From Prorocentrum cordatum (lineage: Eukaryota): DNA of 64,000 bases. Location of the stretch: assembly GCA_963575745.1 (NCBI GenBank), contig CAUYUJ010000314.1, positions 372,001 through 436,000 of the forward strand, given 5' to 3'. Positions 12,181 to 23,480 of the stretch are shown piece after piece. Below the pieces are notes generated by a model. It saw only the letters and a program-made list of their open reading frames with translations, had not been told where the DNA came from and did not search any database. The first letter of the stretch is position 1, and every line of letters starts with the position of its first letter. The position numbers and the translations under genes were made by a program.

Positions 12181-12493
12181 GACCATCACGACCTGAGCCA
12201 CGGACCCCATGGATCTGCGAGGCTCTCGGCGCCCGAAGCCGGGCAAACGTGGCCCGCCGCAGCAGGCTGCGGCGTAGGGAGCTCGGGGTCGTCGTCGCCG
12301 CCGCTCTCGCCGCCGCCGCCGCCGCCGCTGCCGTCGCCGGCCCCTGCTTCTGCTCAAGAGGCGGCCGACGTGCCCCACAAGCTCCGCCGCCCCCAGCGCC
12401 CGGCGGCGCCGCCCGCGCTGCAGGCCGCCACGGTCAGGGCGTGCAGCGTTGCCGCCGCCGCCGCCGTTCCCACCGTCGTCGTCGTCGCCGTCG

Positions 12494-12603
<110 letters not shown>

Positions 12604-13765
12604 ATCGCCGCCGCCTCCATCGCCGCCGCCGCCGTCACCGCCGCCACCGTACTGATCCTAGCGCTGGAGGTGCTGCCGTTCCCGACGGGCGAGGGATGCA
12701 GAGCGTTCAGAGTGAAGAGAACGAGATTCGACGAGGCGACATGGGGATGCAGGCGATGAAGAAGGATCCGATGGCGCGCGCCACGGACCCTGAGACGTCA
12801 CCTGGTTGACGGGCAAGAGGGCGTCGGCAAATTCAATACCCGAGGGGCACGCGAGGGACCTCAGCGGCACGCCAGCGATGCAGATCTTGCCAGGGACGTG
12901 CGGGACGCCTGCTTGAGATCACTAAGCCACGAGGGCGCCGTGAACAGCCAGGGCCAGCCACCGAGGGGGAGATGGGAGAGAGAGAGAGAGAGAGAGAGAG
13001 AAGGAGAGAGCTGCAGCCGGATCTCAACGTGATGCTGAATCCGTCGGAGTGAGGTCCTTGAGGCAGAGGCTGGCGACGCTGGAGGAGCGCACGTCTTCTC
13101 TTTTCACGCCAGGTCGATGGCAGAGGCATGGAGATGGCAGCTGCTGCGCACCGCGACGCTCCCAGGGAGTGAGCGGTGGCGCCCGTGCCGCTGCCCTCGG
13201 AAGGGGCTCTGCTCCTCGGTTTGGTTTCCCCTTCCCCGGGGGGCTGGTCTCCTGTGTGGCCAGGCTGTGATGGGGTCGTTGCACGAGGTGCGGCGGGGCC
13301 TCTCGGCCAGGATCTCTCGTGGTTTGCACGGCCCCCCGGCTGCAGTGGTATCCGTCGCCGAGAGTCGGAGCGTTTGCGCCGCAGGGCAACTCCGACGTGC
13401 GGCGCTTCGTCGATTCCGACGGCGCAGAGGCACATCACTGTTTTTTATATGCACGTGTGCGGTTGGACGCATCAGGATGCCACGAACTTGTTGCGCCTCC
13501 TTGGTGTACTCAATTCCGTTTCGGAGGAGGAGGAGGGGGAGAAGGAGGGGGAGGAGGAGGAGGAGGAGGAGAGGGAGGAGGAGGAGGAGGAAGGAGGGGA
13601 GGAGAGAGGAGGAGGAGGAGGAGGAGGAGGAGGAGGAGGAGGAGGAAGGAAGGAGGTGGGAGGAGGAGGACGGGGATGAGGCCCCAGAGTCTTCTGAGCC
13701 CAGTGACGTTGTAGTCGAAAGGCGTGCGGTCCACCTCCACCTCCACTTTCTCCTCCTCCTGCTCC

Positions 13766-13787
13766 TCCGTGGCCATTTTGGCAAAAG
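13766..13787 (+). other. Degenerate DinoSL relic heading a second decayed retrocopy (~13790-14760, interrupted by a MITE)
   Basis: TCCGTGGCCATTTTGGCAAAAG matches the SL at 19/22 and directly follows a (CCT)n run. An ATG at 13932 opens protein-like, frameshifted sequence. Confidence 0.75.
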
Positions 13788-14260
13788 CCCTCCTCAGAGC
13801 CCGTCGAGTTTGCAAGGGGGCAGCCTGGGCTTGAGGCCCTGCAGCGGGCGGCGCAGTCCTCGGCCGCACTGGCGGTTGGCTCGATTCTGGCGCGAAGCAC
13901 ACTCTGGAGGGCCGGGGTCCGGCGCAAGGAGATGCCGGAGGGCACGGGGCCGAGGTGGTCGGGCGTGGAGTCCAAGCCGATGGACAAGAAGGAAGGGGCC
14001 GTGCCAGCCCAGCTTGGAATGCCAGCCGAGGGCAAGGAGGGAGCGAGACGAGCTCCCAGGCGCCGGTGGTGGGCGCTGATGTGCAGTGCTTCGTGGACGT
14101 GGCGGGGCTGCCCTGGGACGCAGAAGATCATCATCTGCCCGGCCCGTAGCGCCGCCTCTCTGGTTGCCCGCGCGCGCCTCCGCGCGCAGTGGATGCCGCA
14201 GCCTGGCCGCTCGCCGTGCAGACGGCCCCGGCGCCAACGGAAGCCAGGACCCCACTTTTG

Positions 14261-14508
14261 GGCCTCCCAGATGGGGTCGGAGTAGATGGGGTCGGAGGAT
14301 CGCGCCGCACCGCCGCTGCATCGCCGCCGCGGCTCGATGTGCAACCTGCTTGGCTTCACGTCAGCGTCGCCGATGTATCGCCGACGTCGCCGATGCATCG
14401 CCGGTACATCGCCGATGCATCGCCGATGCATCTCCGATGTATCGCCGATGTATCGGCGATACGGCGCGATCCGCCGACCTCATCTACTCCGACCCCATCT
14501 GGGAGGCC
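14261..14508. mobile_element. Foldback/MITE with ~50-bp TIRs and an 11-bp palindromic internal repeat
   Basis: GGCCTCCCAGATGGGGTCGGAGTAGATG...CATCTACTCCGACCCCATCTGGGAGGCC; (CATCGCCGATG)n at 14367-14460. Confidence 0.75.
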
Positions 14509-14779
14509 TCTACTACTCAGAACACAACCATCCCGAAAAACGCCCTCACGACCATCATAGGCCCTCCTGGAGGGGAGGGATGTCGTTCCAGGGTGCCGCG
14601 GAAGCGAGTCCCGCTCTCCGTGAAGTGCTGGATCGGTGACGTGCAGGCCCGCGCGCTCCTCGCCGCGCCCAGTCCCCCGGCCGCGCGGCGCGCGGGGGAC
14701 TGAGGAGTGGACGTGGTGGATTCGGGGATGGACGTTCTGACACACCTCGGCGGCGAGCCCGGGGGGGAAGTGAGAAGGG

Positions 14780-15095
14780 GCGGGCCTTCTCAGAAGGCTT
14801 GGGAGTCCCCCGGCCTTCTGAGAAGTGTTCGAAGCCTTCCCCGAAGGCACAGACAGCTTCTCAGGAGGCTTGGAAGTCCCCCGGCCCTCTGAGAAGTTTT
14901 CGAAGCCTTCCCCGAAGGCGCAGACAACTTCGCAGAAGGCGCGAGGGCTTCTACTGTCGGACCGGGGTATAAGATCGAAGTCGGCTCAGGGTACCCTCAT
15001 GTTTTTCGTGTTTGTTGGATGTTCTTGTGCATCATGGGGGGGTGCCCTCGAGTGATCTGATGGCTTGAGGGTGTTTTGGCCGGCGGAGGGTCTCA
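14780..15095 (+). repeat. Dispersed repeat with CCTTCT(C/G)AGAAG palindromes; homologous segments at ~30060-30430 and ~61395-61530
   Basis: ATCGAAGTCGG.TCAGGG...GTGTTTGTTGGATGTTCTT.TGCATC...GGGTGTTTTGGCCGGCGGAGG is shared between 14974-15089 and 61399-61527. Confidence 0.7.
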
Positions 15096-15790
15096 TGTTT
15101 TTGACGGGTGTTCTTCTGTTCTAGGTCCGGCCGTAGACGGAGTTGATTGGGGGTGGACGTTGTGAATCCTGTCTCGGCGGGGGGGGACATGTATTGCTGG
15201 GGTGTTCGGTGGCCAGCTTGGGGCGGCCTTCCGCCATTGAGTGAAGCACTGCCTTCTGGCGGAATAGGATTCACCAGTCGTCAGAAGGGATGCGCACGGA
15301 TGGGGCGTCTCGGGGCCCCGTCGCATTCGTGGCTTCGGCTCCGAGTGCGGGGGAGTTGCGCTTCGCCTCGGGCGCATGTCCCGAATGTTTCTCTGGGCTA
15401 GTAAGGCAGTCAACCAAAAATAACTGCTCCGCCGGGTTCATTTCCTGTTGTTTTTCCTCCATCTTCTTGGTCCTTTCATTTGCCTTCATCTTATCCTTCT
15501 ACCCCCCTCCTCTTCCTTGCTCCTTCTCGCTCGAGTCGTCAGGAGCCTCCTCCTCCTCCTGCTCATGTTCCTCCCGCGCCTTCCTCTTCCTCCTTCTCCT
15601 TTTCTTTCTCCTCCTCCTCCTCCTCCTCCTCCTCCTCCTCCTCCCTCCTCCTCCTCCTCCCTCCTCCTCCCCTCCCCCCCCCCTTCCTCCTCCTCCCCCT
15701 CCCCTCCTCCTCCTCCCCCTCCCCCCCTCCTCGTCCCCCTCCCCCTCCCCTCCCCCTTCCCCTTCCCCTCTTCCCCTCCCCTCCGCCGAG

Positions 15791-18544
15791 GTCGTCGCGG
15801 CTGCGCTGGCGTCCCCCGGCCGCGAGGACGGCGGAGCCGGCACCGCGGTGGCGGCCGCCGCCGGCGCTGCGGCCTCGCGCCCCCCCGCGCCTGCGGCGCT
15901 GCCCCCGTGCCCTTCCGCGCCGGCTGGCTCTCCCGCCAGGGCTGCCGAGGGCCGTGGCGGTGCCTCGCCGACGGTCCGCGCGGCCGCCGCGGCGCCTCAG
16001 CCGTGCCCTGCGCCGCCGAGCGGCCCCCGCGGCAGCGGCGGCGGTGCCGGCCCAGGCGGCAGGGCCGAGCACGCCGGCGCGGGGGGCGGCGCGGGCGCTG
16101 GCGCAGAGGCGGCCACCGGCTGCGCGGTGCCCTCGCTGGCTGCCACATCTCCGCCGCCCTCGTGCCCTGTCCCAGGCGCGGGTCGTCTTGTCGGCGAGCC
16201 CCTGGCTTGCCCCGAGGGCGCAGCCTGCGCCAGCGACGCGCCTGGGCAAGGTAGAGGCCTGCTGCACGCCAGTGGCGACCAAGAGCCGCAGGAGGGCGTT
16301 GCTCGATGTGCCCGAGGTGCGCGCCCGGCCCGCCAAGGGCGAAGCGGAGAGGTGCTCCTTCCAGCGCCAGCGGGGGGTGGCCCCGCCTGTCTGGCCCCGA
16401 TCGCCCTGCAGCCTGGCAGCGCGCCGGCGGGTTGGGCCGCTCGGCCCGAAGAATACGAGCGGCACTTGCAGGCCTCGATGGCGGCGCTGAGGGAGCTGCA
16501 GGGCGGTGGGTCATTACCTCTCGCATCGCTTGCGCCGCTGCCGGGCGCCGCTGCCGCGGCTCTCTCGCCGCCCCCCGTGTTCCTGCCGCCGCCCCCGTGC
16601 CCTGCTCCGGCTCCGTGCCCCTCCGCCGGCGGCGCCGAGGCCTGCCCCGAGGATGGCTCCCGCGCCCGCAGGGTGCCCTCGCCGCCTCGGGTCTCCTCGG
16701 CGCCCCCCTCGCGCCCAGCCCTGCCGACTGCCGGCGGCGCCGACGGTGGAGCCGGCAGCTCGGCGGGGGCCGCTGTTGGCGAGGTCTCTTCGCCGCCCGT
16801 CGCCCCTGCGGCGCCGCCCCCGTGCTCTGGCCGGCCGAGCGGCCCCTCCGCCAGCGGCAGCGAGTCCGCCGGCGCCGGAGCAGAGGCCGCCACCGGTTGC
16901 GCGGTGCCCTCGCGCCCGCCGCACCCGAAGGCCCGCGTAGAAACCGAGGAGGAGGAGGATGAGGAGGCAGGTCGGCCAGAGGCCAGGGAGGCGGCGGCGC
17001 GGAGAGCGGAAGAGGCTTGGCTGCAGGCCGAGGTGGAGGGTGCGGCGGCTGGGGATTCGCCGGAGGTTCGGCGGAAGGCCGAGAAGGAAACCCAGGTGAA
17101 GACCGAGGACGAGGCAGACAAGCTGAAGGCCGAGGAGGAGATTCGGCTGAAGGCCGAAGAGGATGCGCGCCTGGAGGCCGAGGAGGAGGAGGATGCTCAA
17201 AAAGCGGAGGAAGTTCGGCTGAAGGCCGAAGAGGAGGCGCGAATGAAGGCCGAAGAGGAGCAGGAGGCGCGGAAAGCGGAAGAGACTCGGCTGATGGCCG
17301 AGGAGGAACAGGCGCGTTTGAAGGCGAAAGAGGAATCCTCCAAGCTGCAAGCCGAGGAGGAAGCTCGGCTGAAGGCCGAGGAGGAGACTCGGCTGATTGC
17401 CGAAGAGTATGCGCGTTTGAAGGCCGAGGGGGATGATAACGAGGCGCGGAAAGCGGAGGAGGTTCGGCTGAATGCCGAGGAGGAAACGCGTTCGAAAGCC
17501 GAGAAGGAAGAGGAGGAGGGACGGAAAGCGGAATCAGCTCGGCTGGAGGCCAAGGAGGAAGCGCGCTTGAAGGCGGAGAAGGGGGCAGCCAGGCTGAAGG
17601 CTGAGGAGAAGGAGGAGGCTCGGCTGAGGGCCGAGGGAGAAGATGAGGCGACAAGGCTCAAGGCCGAGGAGAGCACGCGTGTGAAGGCCGAGGAGGAGGA
17701 GGAGGAGGAGAATGAGGCGCGGAAGGCGGAGGACGCTCGGCTGAAGGCCGAGGAGGAGGCCCGATTGCAGGCCGAAGAGGAGGAGGCGCATAATGCGGAG
17801 AAGATCCGGCTGAAGGCCGAGGATGAGGCACGGACAGCGGAGGACGCTCGGCTGAAGGGTGAGGAAGACGATGCGGAAAGGAACGCGGAGGAGGTTCGGC
17901 TGAAGGCCGAAGAGGAAGCGCGAATGAAGGCCGAAGAGGAGCAGGAGGCGCGGAAAGCGGAAGAGACTCGGCTGATGGCCGAAGAGGAACAGGCGCGTTT
18001 GAAGGCGAAAGAGGAATCCTCCAAGCTGCAAGCCGAGGAGGAAGCTCGGCTGAAGGCCGAGGAGGAGGAGGAGGAGGAGAAGCAGGAGGAAGAGGAGGAG
18101 GAGGAGGATGCGCGGAAAGCAGGGGTGGCTCGTCTGAAGGCCGAGGAGGAAGCGCGCTTAAAGGCGGAAGAGCAAATAGCCAGGCTGAAGGCCGAGGAGG
18201 AGGCTCGCCTGAAGGCGGAAGAAAAGGCAGCCAGGCTGAAGGCCGAGGAAAAGGAAGAGGCTCGCCTGAGGGCTGAGGCCGAGGACGAGGCGGCACGGTT
18301 CCACGCCGAGGAGAACGCGCGTCCGAAGGCCGAGGAGGAGGAGGAGGAGGCGCGGAAGGCGGAGCAGGCCAGGCAGAAGGCCGAGGAGGCAGCGATTCTG
18401 AGGGCCCAGGAGGAGGCGCCTCGGCCGACGGCCGAGAGGGCGAGGGAGGAGGCAGCCCTGCCGATGGGCGCCAGCCCCGGCCTGGGGACACCGCCGCCCG
18501 CAGGGGCCTCGCGCGGCGCCGCCCCCAGCGCCCTCCGGTGGTGA
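15791..18544 (+). CDS. Large terminal exon: Ala/Pro/Gly-rich region followed by ~470 aa of ARLKAEEE-type repeats (predicted charged single alpha-helix or coiled coil)
   Basis: Open for ~917 codons after a pyrimidine tract and CCGAG|GTC acceptor, ending TGA. A 183-bp internal duplication (17204-17386 vs 17885-18067) differs only by three synonymous GAA/GAG changes. Confidence 0.8.
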   Translation, partial: VVAAALASPGREDGGAGTAVAAAAGAAASRPPAPAALPPCPSAPAGSPARAAEGRGGASPTVRAAAAAPQPCPAPPSGPRGSGGGAGPGGRAEHAGAGGGAGAGAEAATGCAVPSLAATSPPPSCPVPGAGRLVGEPLACPEGAACASDAPGQGRGLLHASGDQEPQEGVARCARGARPARQGRSGEVLLPAPAGGGPACLAPIALQPGSAPAGWAARPEEYERHLQASMAALRELQGGGSLPLASLAPLPGAAAAALSPPPVFLPPPPCPAPAPCPSAGGAEACPEDGSRARRVPSPPRVSSAPPSRPALPTAGGADGGAGSSAGAAVGEVSSPPVAPAAPPPCSGRPSGPSASGSESAGAGAEAATGCAVPSRPPHPKARVETEEEEDEEAGRPEAREAAARRAEEAWLQAEVEGAAAGDSPEVRRKAEKETQVKTEDEADKLKAEEEIRLKAEEDARLEAEEEEDAQKAEEVRLKAEEEARMKAEEEQEARKAEETRLMAEEEQARLKAKEESSKLQAEEEARLKAEEETRLIAEEYARLKAEGDDNEARKAEEVRLNAEEETRSKAEKEEEEGRKAESARLEAKEEARLKAEKGAARLKAEEKEEARLRAEGEDEATRLKAEESTRVKAEEEEEEENEARKAEDARLKAEEEARLQAEEEEAHNAEKIRLKAEDEARTAEDARLKGEEDDAERNAEEVRLKAEEEARMKAEEEQEARKAEETRLMAEEEQARLKAKEESSKLQAEEEARLKAEEEEEEEKQEEEEEEEDARKAGVARLKAEEEARLKAEEQIARLKAEEEARLKAEEKAARLKAEEKEEARLRAEAEDEAARFHAEENARPKAEEEEEEARKAEQARQKAEEAAILRAQEEAPRPTAERAREEAALPMGASPGLGTPPPAGASRGAAPSALRW

Positions 18545-19008
18545 GGCCGTCGTCGCGGCTGTGGCCGCCGCTCCTCGCCCGTCCAGGTCTTCGGCCGCCA
18601 GGGCGGGGCTCCAGAGGCGGGGGTCGATGCAAGCGGGGGTCAGCAAGAGCGCCGGATCTTGCCGGATCCTGCCCATAGGTACATTGACCAGGGCTTGCGT
18701 GCAGGTGCAGGATCCTGCAGGATGCTGCAAGATCTCGCAGGATCCTGCACATCTCGACTGACCTGGGTCTGGAGTTTACCCGGGCCAACAGACGGGGCTC
18801 GTTTGGATCCCTCCGATTCGATTCGATTCGATTTCGATCGCTTCCGATTCCGATTCGATTCGACCTGGGATTCTGATTTGCGCTCCGATTTCTCATCGGA
18901 TGCATGCCAGCCTGCCGATGTCCGCCGATTCGACTTTTTCCCAACTTGGCTGCCGATTTCCGTCACTTTCGCCGAAGGAATAGGCGACATTCGTCGGCGG
19001 GTGTCTGT

Positions 19009-19054
<46 letters not shown>

Positions 19055-19129
19055 CCTTTATCCTATAAAATTACATTGGGACCCCCCCCATGAGATCCGG
19101 GGGGGGGGGCACCACGCCGACCCCCCCCC

Positions 19130-19980
19130 TCCAGAGCCCCCATGACGGCTCAACAGACAGCCCAAGACGGCCCAACAAACGGCCCACACCCCTTCGATCG
19201 GTTTTTGAAACATTTCGGCATTTGCTTATTTTCGGCTTTCGGCCGATCCAAGGCGCCCCAAGAGGCCCCCTGGCTCGCACCAAGATCGCCCACGAGGCCC
19301 TTCAGATGGCCCCAAGAGGGCCCCAAGATGGCCCCAGAGGCTTCCAAGACGCCCAAGATGGTCTCTATGACTGGCCCTCAGGCGCCCCAAGAGGGCCCAA
19401 GTCGGTTCAGAGAGGCCCCAGGACGAATTCCGACGGCGTCGGACGGGACAAGAACGCCTTAGGACGGCCAAATAAGGCTCCCAAGAAGCCCCCAAAGGCC
19501 TTCAAGAGGCTCTGGGAGGCCCCCCAAGAGGCCTCCAAGAGGCCCCCAGGAAGCTGCCAGGAGGCTCCCCATAGTGCCCCAAGCGGCTCCCGACGGGCCT
19601 CCTCCTGCCCCTCCTCCTCCTTCTCCTCCTCCTCCTCCTCCTCCTCCTCCTCCTCCTCCTCCTGCTCCTGCTCCTTTGTGGTTGCATCCTTCAAGCAAAA
19701 CCCATTCGACGAGCCTCAACCTCATCCTCCATCTCCTCCTCGTCCTCCTCCTCCTCCTCCTCGTCCTCCTCCTCCCGTTTTAAAGAGCAGGGCATAGAAT
19801 GCGGATTTTTTCCCAGCCTCACCACATCATTTTTTCGACAAGCCCAGGGGCCAAGATTTAAGGCGAAGCGGCAGCGAGCCTACAAAATCTTGTATATACA
19901 TATATATACATACACGCAGATGTACAAGGTTGTGTACCTATATGTACACATGCATACATACACACATGTTTGTATACAGG

Positions 19981-20032
<52 letters not shown>

Positions 20033-21610
20033 CAGGGCTGGGGGCCTTCTCCCAGCTGCCTCGTGTCGCCATGGTGGCTCTGGGCTCCCTGGGGACCCTG
20101 TCCAGCGACCTCAGAGCCGCCCAGACGGCCTTAAGAGGTGCCACGGAGACACCAGAAGGCTTCATAATGTCCCGCGGGGCTTCCATGTAACCCTGGACAG
20201 CTTCAAGACGGCCCAGGAGGATTCGACTTCCGCTCCCCAGAGGGCCCCAAGGGGTAAAAGCCATTGACTTAGAATTTTTTGTGTTGTTTTTGGGATTCTC
20301 AATTTTCGAGCTTCCGACGCGCCCCGACGGCCCAAGAGGCCTCCAAGACCGCCCCAAGACGGCCCGAGAGATTCTCAAGACCACCCCAAGACGGGTCAAG
20401 AGGATCCCAAGACGGCCCCTTGAGGGGCCCAAGACGGCCCAAGACGAGCAGCCCAGACGGCCTGAAAGGCGTCACAGTGACACCAGAAGGCTGCGAGATG
20501 TTCCGCCTGCGGGATGTCCCGCGGGCTTCCGGGCAGCCCCAGATAGCTTCAAGGCGGCCCAAGAGGACTCCACTTTCGCTCCCCAGAGGGCCCCAAGAGG
20601 CAAAAACCATTGATTTACCGTGGGTGTTCTCGACTTTCGAGCTTCCGACGCTCCACGACGTCCCAAGAGGCCTCCAAGACCGCCGCAAGACGGCCCAAGA
20701 GACCCTCAAGACCGCCCCAAGACGGGCCAAGAGGATCCGAAGACGGCCCCGTGGCGTCACAGTGGCACCAGAAGGCTGCGAGATGTTCCGCGGGGCTTCC
20801 GGGCAGCCCCAGACAGCTTCAAGACGGCCCAAGAGGATTCTTTTTTCGCTTTCCAGAGGGCCCCAAGATGCAAAAACCAAGGTTTTACACTTGGTGTTTC
20901 AATGGTGTTCGGATTCTCTATTTTCGAGCTTCCGACGTGCCCCGACGGCCCAAGAGGCCTCCAAGACCGCCCCAAGACGGCCCAAGAGACCCCCAAGACC
21001 GCTCCAAGACGGGCCAAGCGGGTCCCAAGACGGCCCCAAGAGGGGCCCAAGACGGCCCGAGAGGGCCTCCGAGAGGCAACAAGCCAATGATTTTCCATCG
21101 TTTTTCAAAGCTTTCGGGCCTCTCTCGATTTTCCCAGCTTCCGACGCTCCACGACATCCCTAGACGCCCCCAAGGCCGTCCCGAGACGGACCGCCAAGAG
21201 GCCCCCAAGAGCGCCCAAAGACGGCCCAAGAGGGCCCCGAGCGGCCCTAGATGCGTCCAAGACGCCCCAAAACGGTCTCAACAGGGGCCCGAGCGCAGGA
21301 GCCCGAAGCGATACTTCGAGTCTTCCGTCCCAGATGCCCCGAGACGGCCTTAGAGGACTCGAGCAGCGCTCCCCAGATGGCCGCAAGAGGCACAAACACA
21401 CGATTGTCCTTGGGTTTTGATGTGGTTTCGAAGGTCCCGACTTTTCGAGCTTCCAGCGCTCCACGACGTCTCAAGGGGCCCTTAAGACCGCCCCGAGATA
21501 GCCCAAGAAGCTCCATCGAGGGCCCCAGGACGGCCCAAGAGAACCTTTAGACGGCCCTAGACGCGCCCACGACATCCTAAGAGAGCTCCGAGACGGCCCC
21601 AAGAGGGCTC
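19130..21610 (+). repeat. CCAAGA/TCTTGG degenerate satellite with 10-11 bp subunits and ~200-330 bp higher-order units; further blocks at 8510-8610, 9950-10120, 23570-24070, 25560-26600, 42410-42600, 48980-50400 and 52270-52610
   Basis: CCAAGA-like motifs at 20332, 20343, 20354, 20364, 20375, 20386, 20396 and 20407. The unit marker TTTCGAGCTTCC recurs at ~20304, 20635, 20922, 21443 and 23700. Confidence 0.9.
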
Positions 21611-23280
21611 TTAAACTTAACACAACTTTAGCACGAGCCGCTTCCTCGTCAAGGATGGTGTTGTGTTAAATGTGTGTCAAATAGTTGGGGCTCGGGGGGC
21701 GCTGTGGGAGCTCCCTTGGCGCCCCTTTGGAGGCTCCTCGGAGGCCCTGTTTGAGCCTGTCGCGGTGCCTTTTGTGGGCCTCTCCGTGGTCCAGACGTCC
21801 AGGTTCATCGGGGATCGTCTTTGGAAACCTTGTGGCCCTCGTCGGTCCTCTCGAGGGCGTCCTGAGCCGTCTTGAAGCCCTCCTGGGAGTTTCTTGCAGG
21901 CCTGGGACAGCGGTGCCAGGGATTGCTTGGGATGGCCCACATCCGCGGGGGGGCAGGGCGCTCGGGAAGGAGAAGGAGAGACGAAACCAATGGACCACGA
22001 AAAGCCGAAAGAAGGAGTCAGGGAATGACGAAAGCGGAGCGTCAGGAGGAACAGAAAGGGAGAACCAAGGGAGGACGGGTGGGAGAAGCAGCAGCCGAGT
22101 AGGGCTACGTCGTCACTTCTCGTCCCCCGCCTCCTGCTTCCCCCCCATGACCCCCCTCGATGTCGTTATTCTCTGTCATGCCTCAGCCCGCCTCCCCTCC
22201 TCCTGCGCCTCCTACTCTTCTTGTCGATGGCCCGGGCCCCCTGCGAGGCCCCAGGGTGAGCTTGCAGAGGGCAGCGCCTCGGTCCGAACTCGCAAGCTAC
22301 GAGCCTCCCAAGTAGGGCCCATAGACGAGGTAAGAAACACAGAGACCATGGCCAGGATCTCGCGGTATTTGTTGATGCCGACCTTGGTCATGGTCCATGT
22401 CAGCCGCCGCGGGGTCTAAGTCTTGTTGGGGCCCCGCCACTGAGGTGAAGTGGCCTCGACCCCCATCGGCGATTGATGCGCTGGTGGCGCGGACGCACCC
22501 TGACGGAGCTACGCCGCGGCCGCCGTTACCCTGAACCCTCCCGCCCGACCCCCCGCCCCGGGTAACGACCGTCACCCGGGAAAGAAATAATCGGTCACAC
22601 AAGAACCCTGTGCTTCGACGTTGCGACAGCATCGCGGCCTCACGGAAAATCACGACTGGAACCTCAGACCCCACTTTTCAGCACCATTGCTTGAGCCGGA
22701 TCGATCCGTGATGGTCCCGAGCCCCGAGGTTGGGCGAAAACGCACAGTGTGAAACAAATGCGACGCCCAGATCGCAGGGTCGTCCAAGATTTGGGTCTTG
22801 GGCCGAATAAGAATACATGCGATCGGATGATCGCGCCGCACCGCCGAAACATCGCCGATGCGGGTCGACGTGGATCCCAATGTTCTCCACGCCGACGGCG
22901 CCGATGCATCGCCGACGTTTCCGACGCGTCGCCGATGCATCTGAGCTGCATTGGCGATACGGCGCCATCCTCCGACCCCATCAACAACAGCGAAAAATTG
23001 CAACCGGAGCCCCTAACACCATTTTTCTGCGCCATTTTTCGAGCGGGATCGATCTGCCAGGGTCCCGACCCCCGACGCCGGGCGACAATGCCCAAACATG
23101 CTACGTCCTGATTTTGTTCAATGCGGGGTCCCTGGAAGTCCCGCCCCTTTCCCCAGGGCCGGGCCGCTCTTTGACGGTCCAGGGGCACGGCGAGCTCCCC
23201 AGGGGCCGAAAACGGCGACACACCTCCCGCCCTGATTTTGCCACGGCGCGAGCATGTCTGGGTCGGGGAGTGCTCGAGGG

Positions 23281-23480
23281 GCACCTCCAAAGTCCCTTTC
23301 CTGGGCTGCCCCCAGGCACCTCCCGAGCGCCTTTCCCAGGCGCCCGCAAGCACCTCCCATGTGCCTTTCCTGGGCTGCCCGCAGGCAAGTGCAGGCACCT
23401 CCCAAGTGCCTTTCCTGGGCTGCCCCTGCCTTTCCTGGGCGGCCCGCAGGCACCTCCCAAGTGCCTTTCCTGGGCTGCCC
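23281..23480 (+). repeat. ~35-bp minisatellite GCACCTCCCAAGTGCCTTTCCTGGGCTGCCC, about 5 copies
   Basis: Tandem copies visible directly. Confidence 0.85.

Noticed and set aside
19090..21550. Arg/Pro-rich ORFs such as 20279-21163 (KTAPRRP repeats)
   Set aside because: They are translations of the CCAAGA satellite; its 10-11 bp units do not preserve frame.
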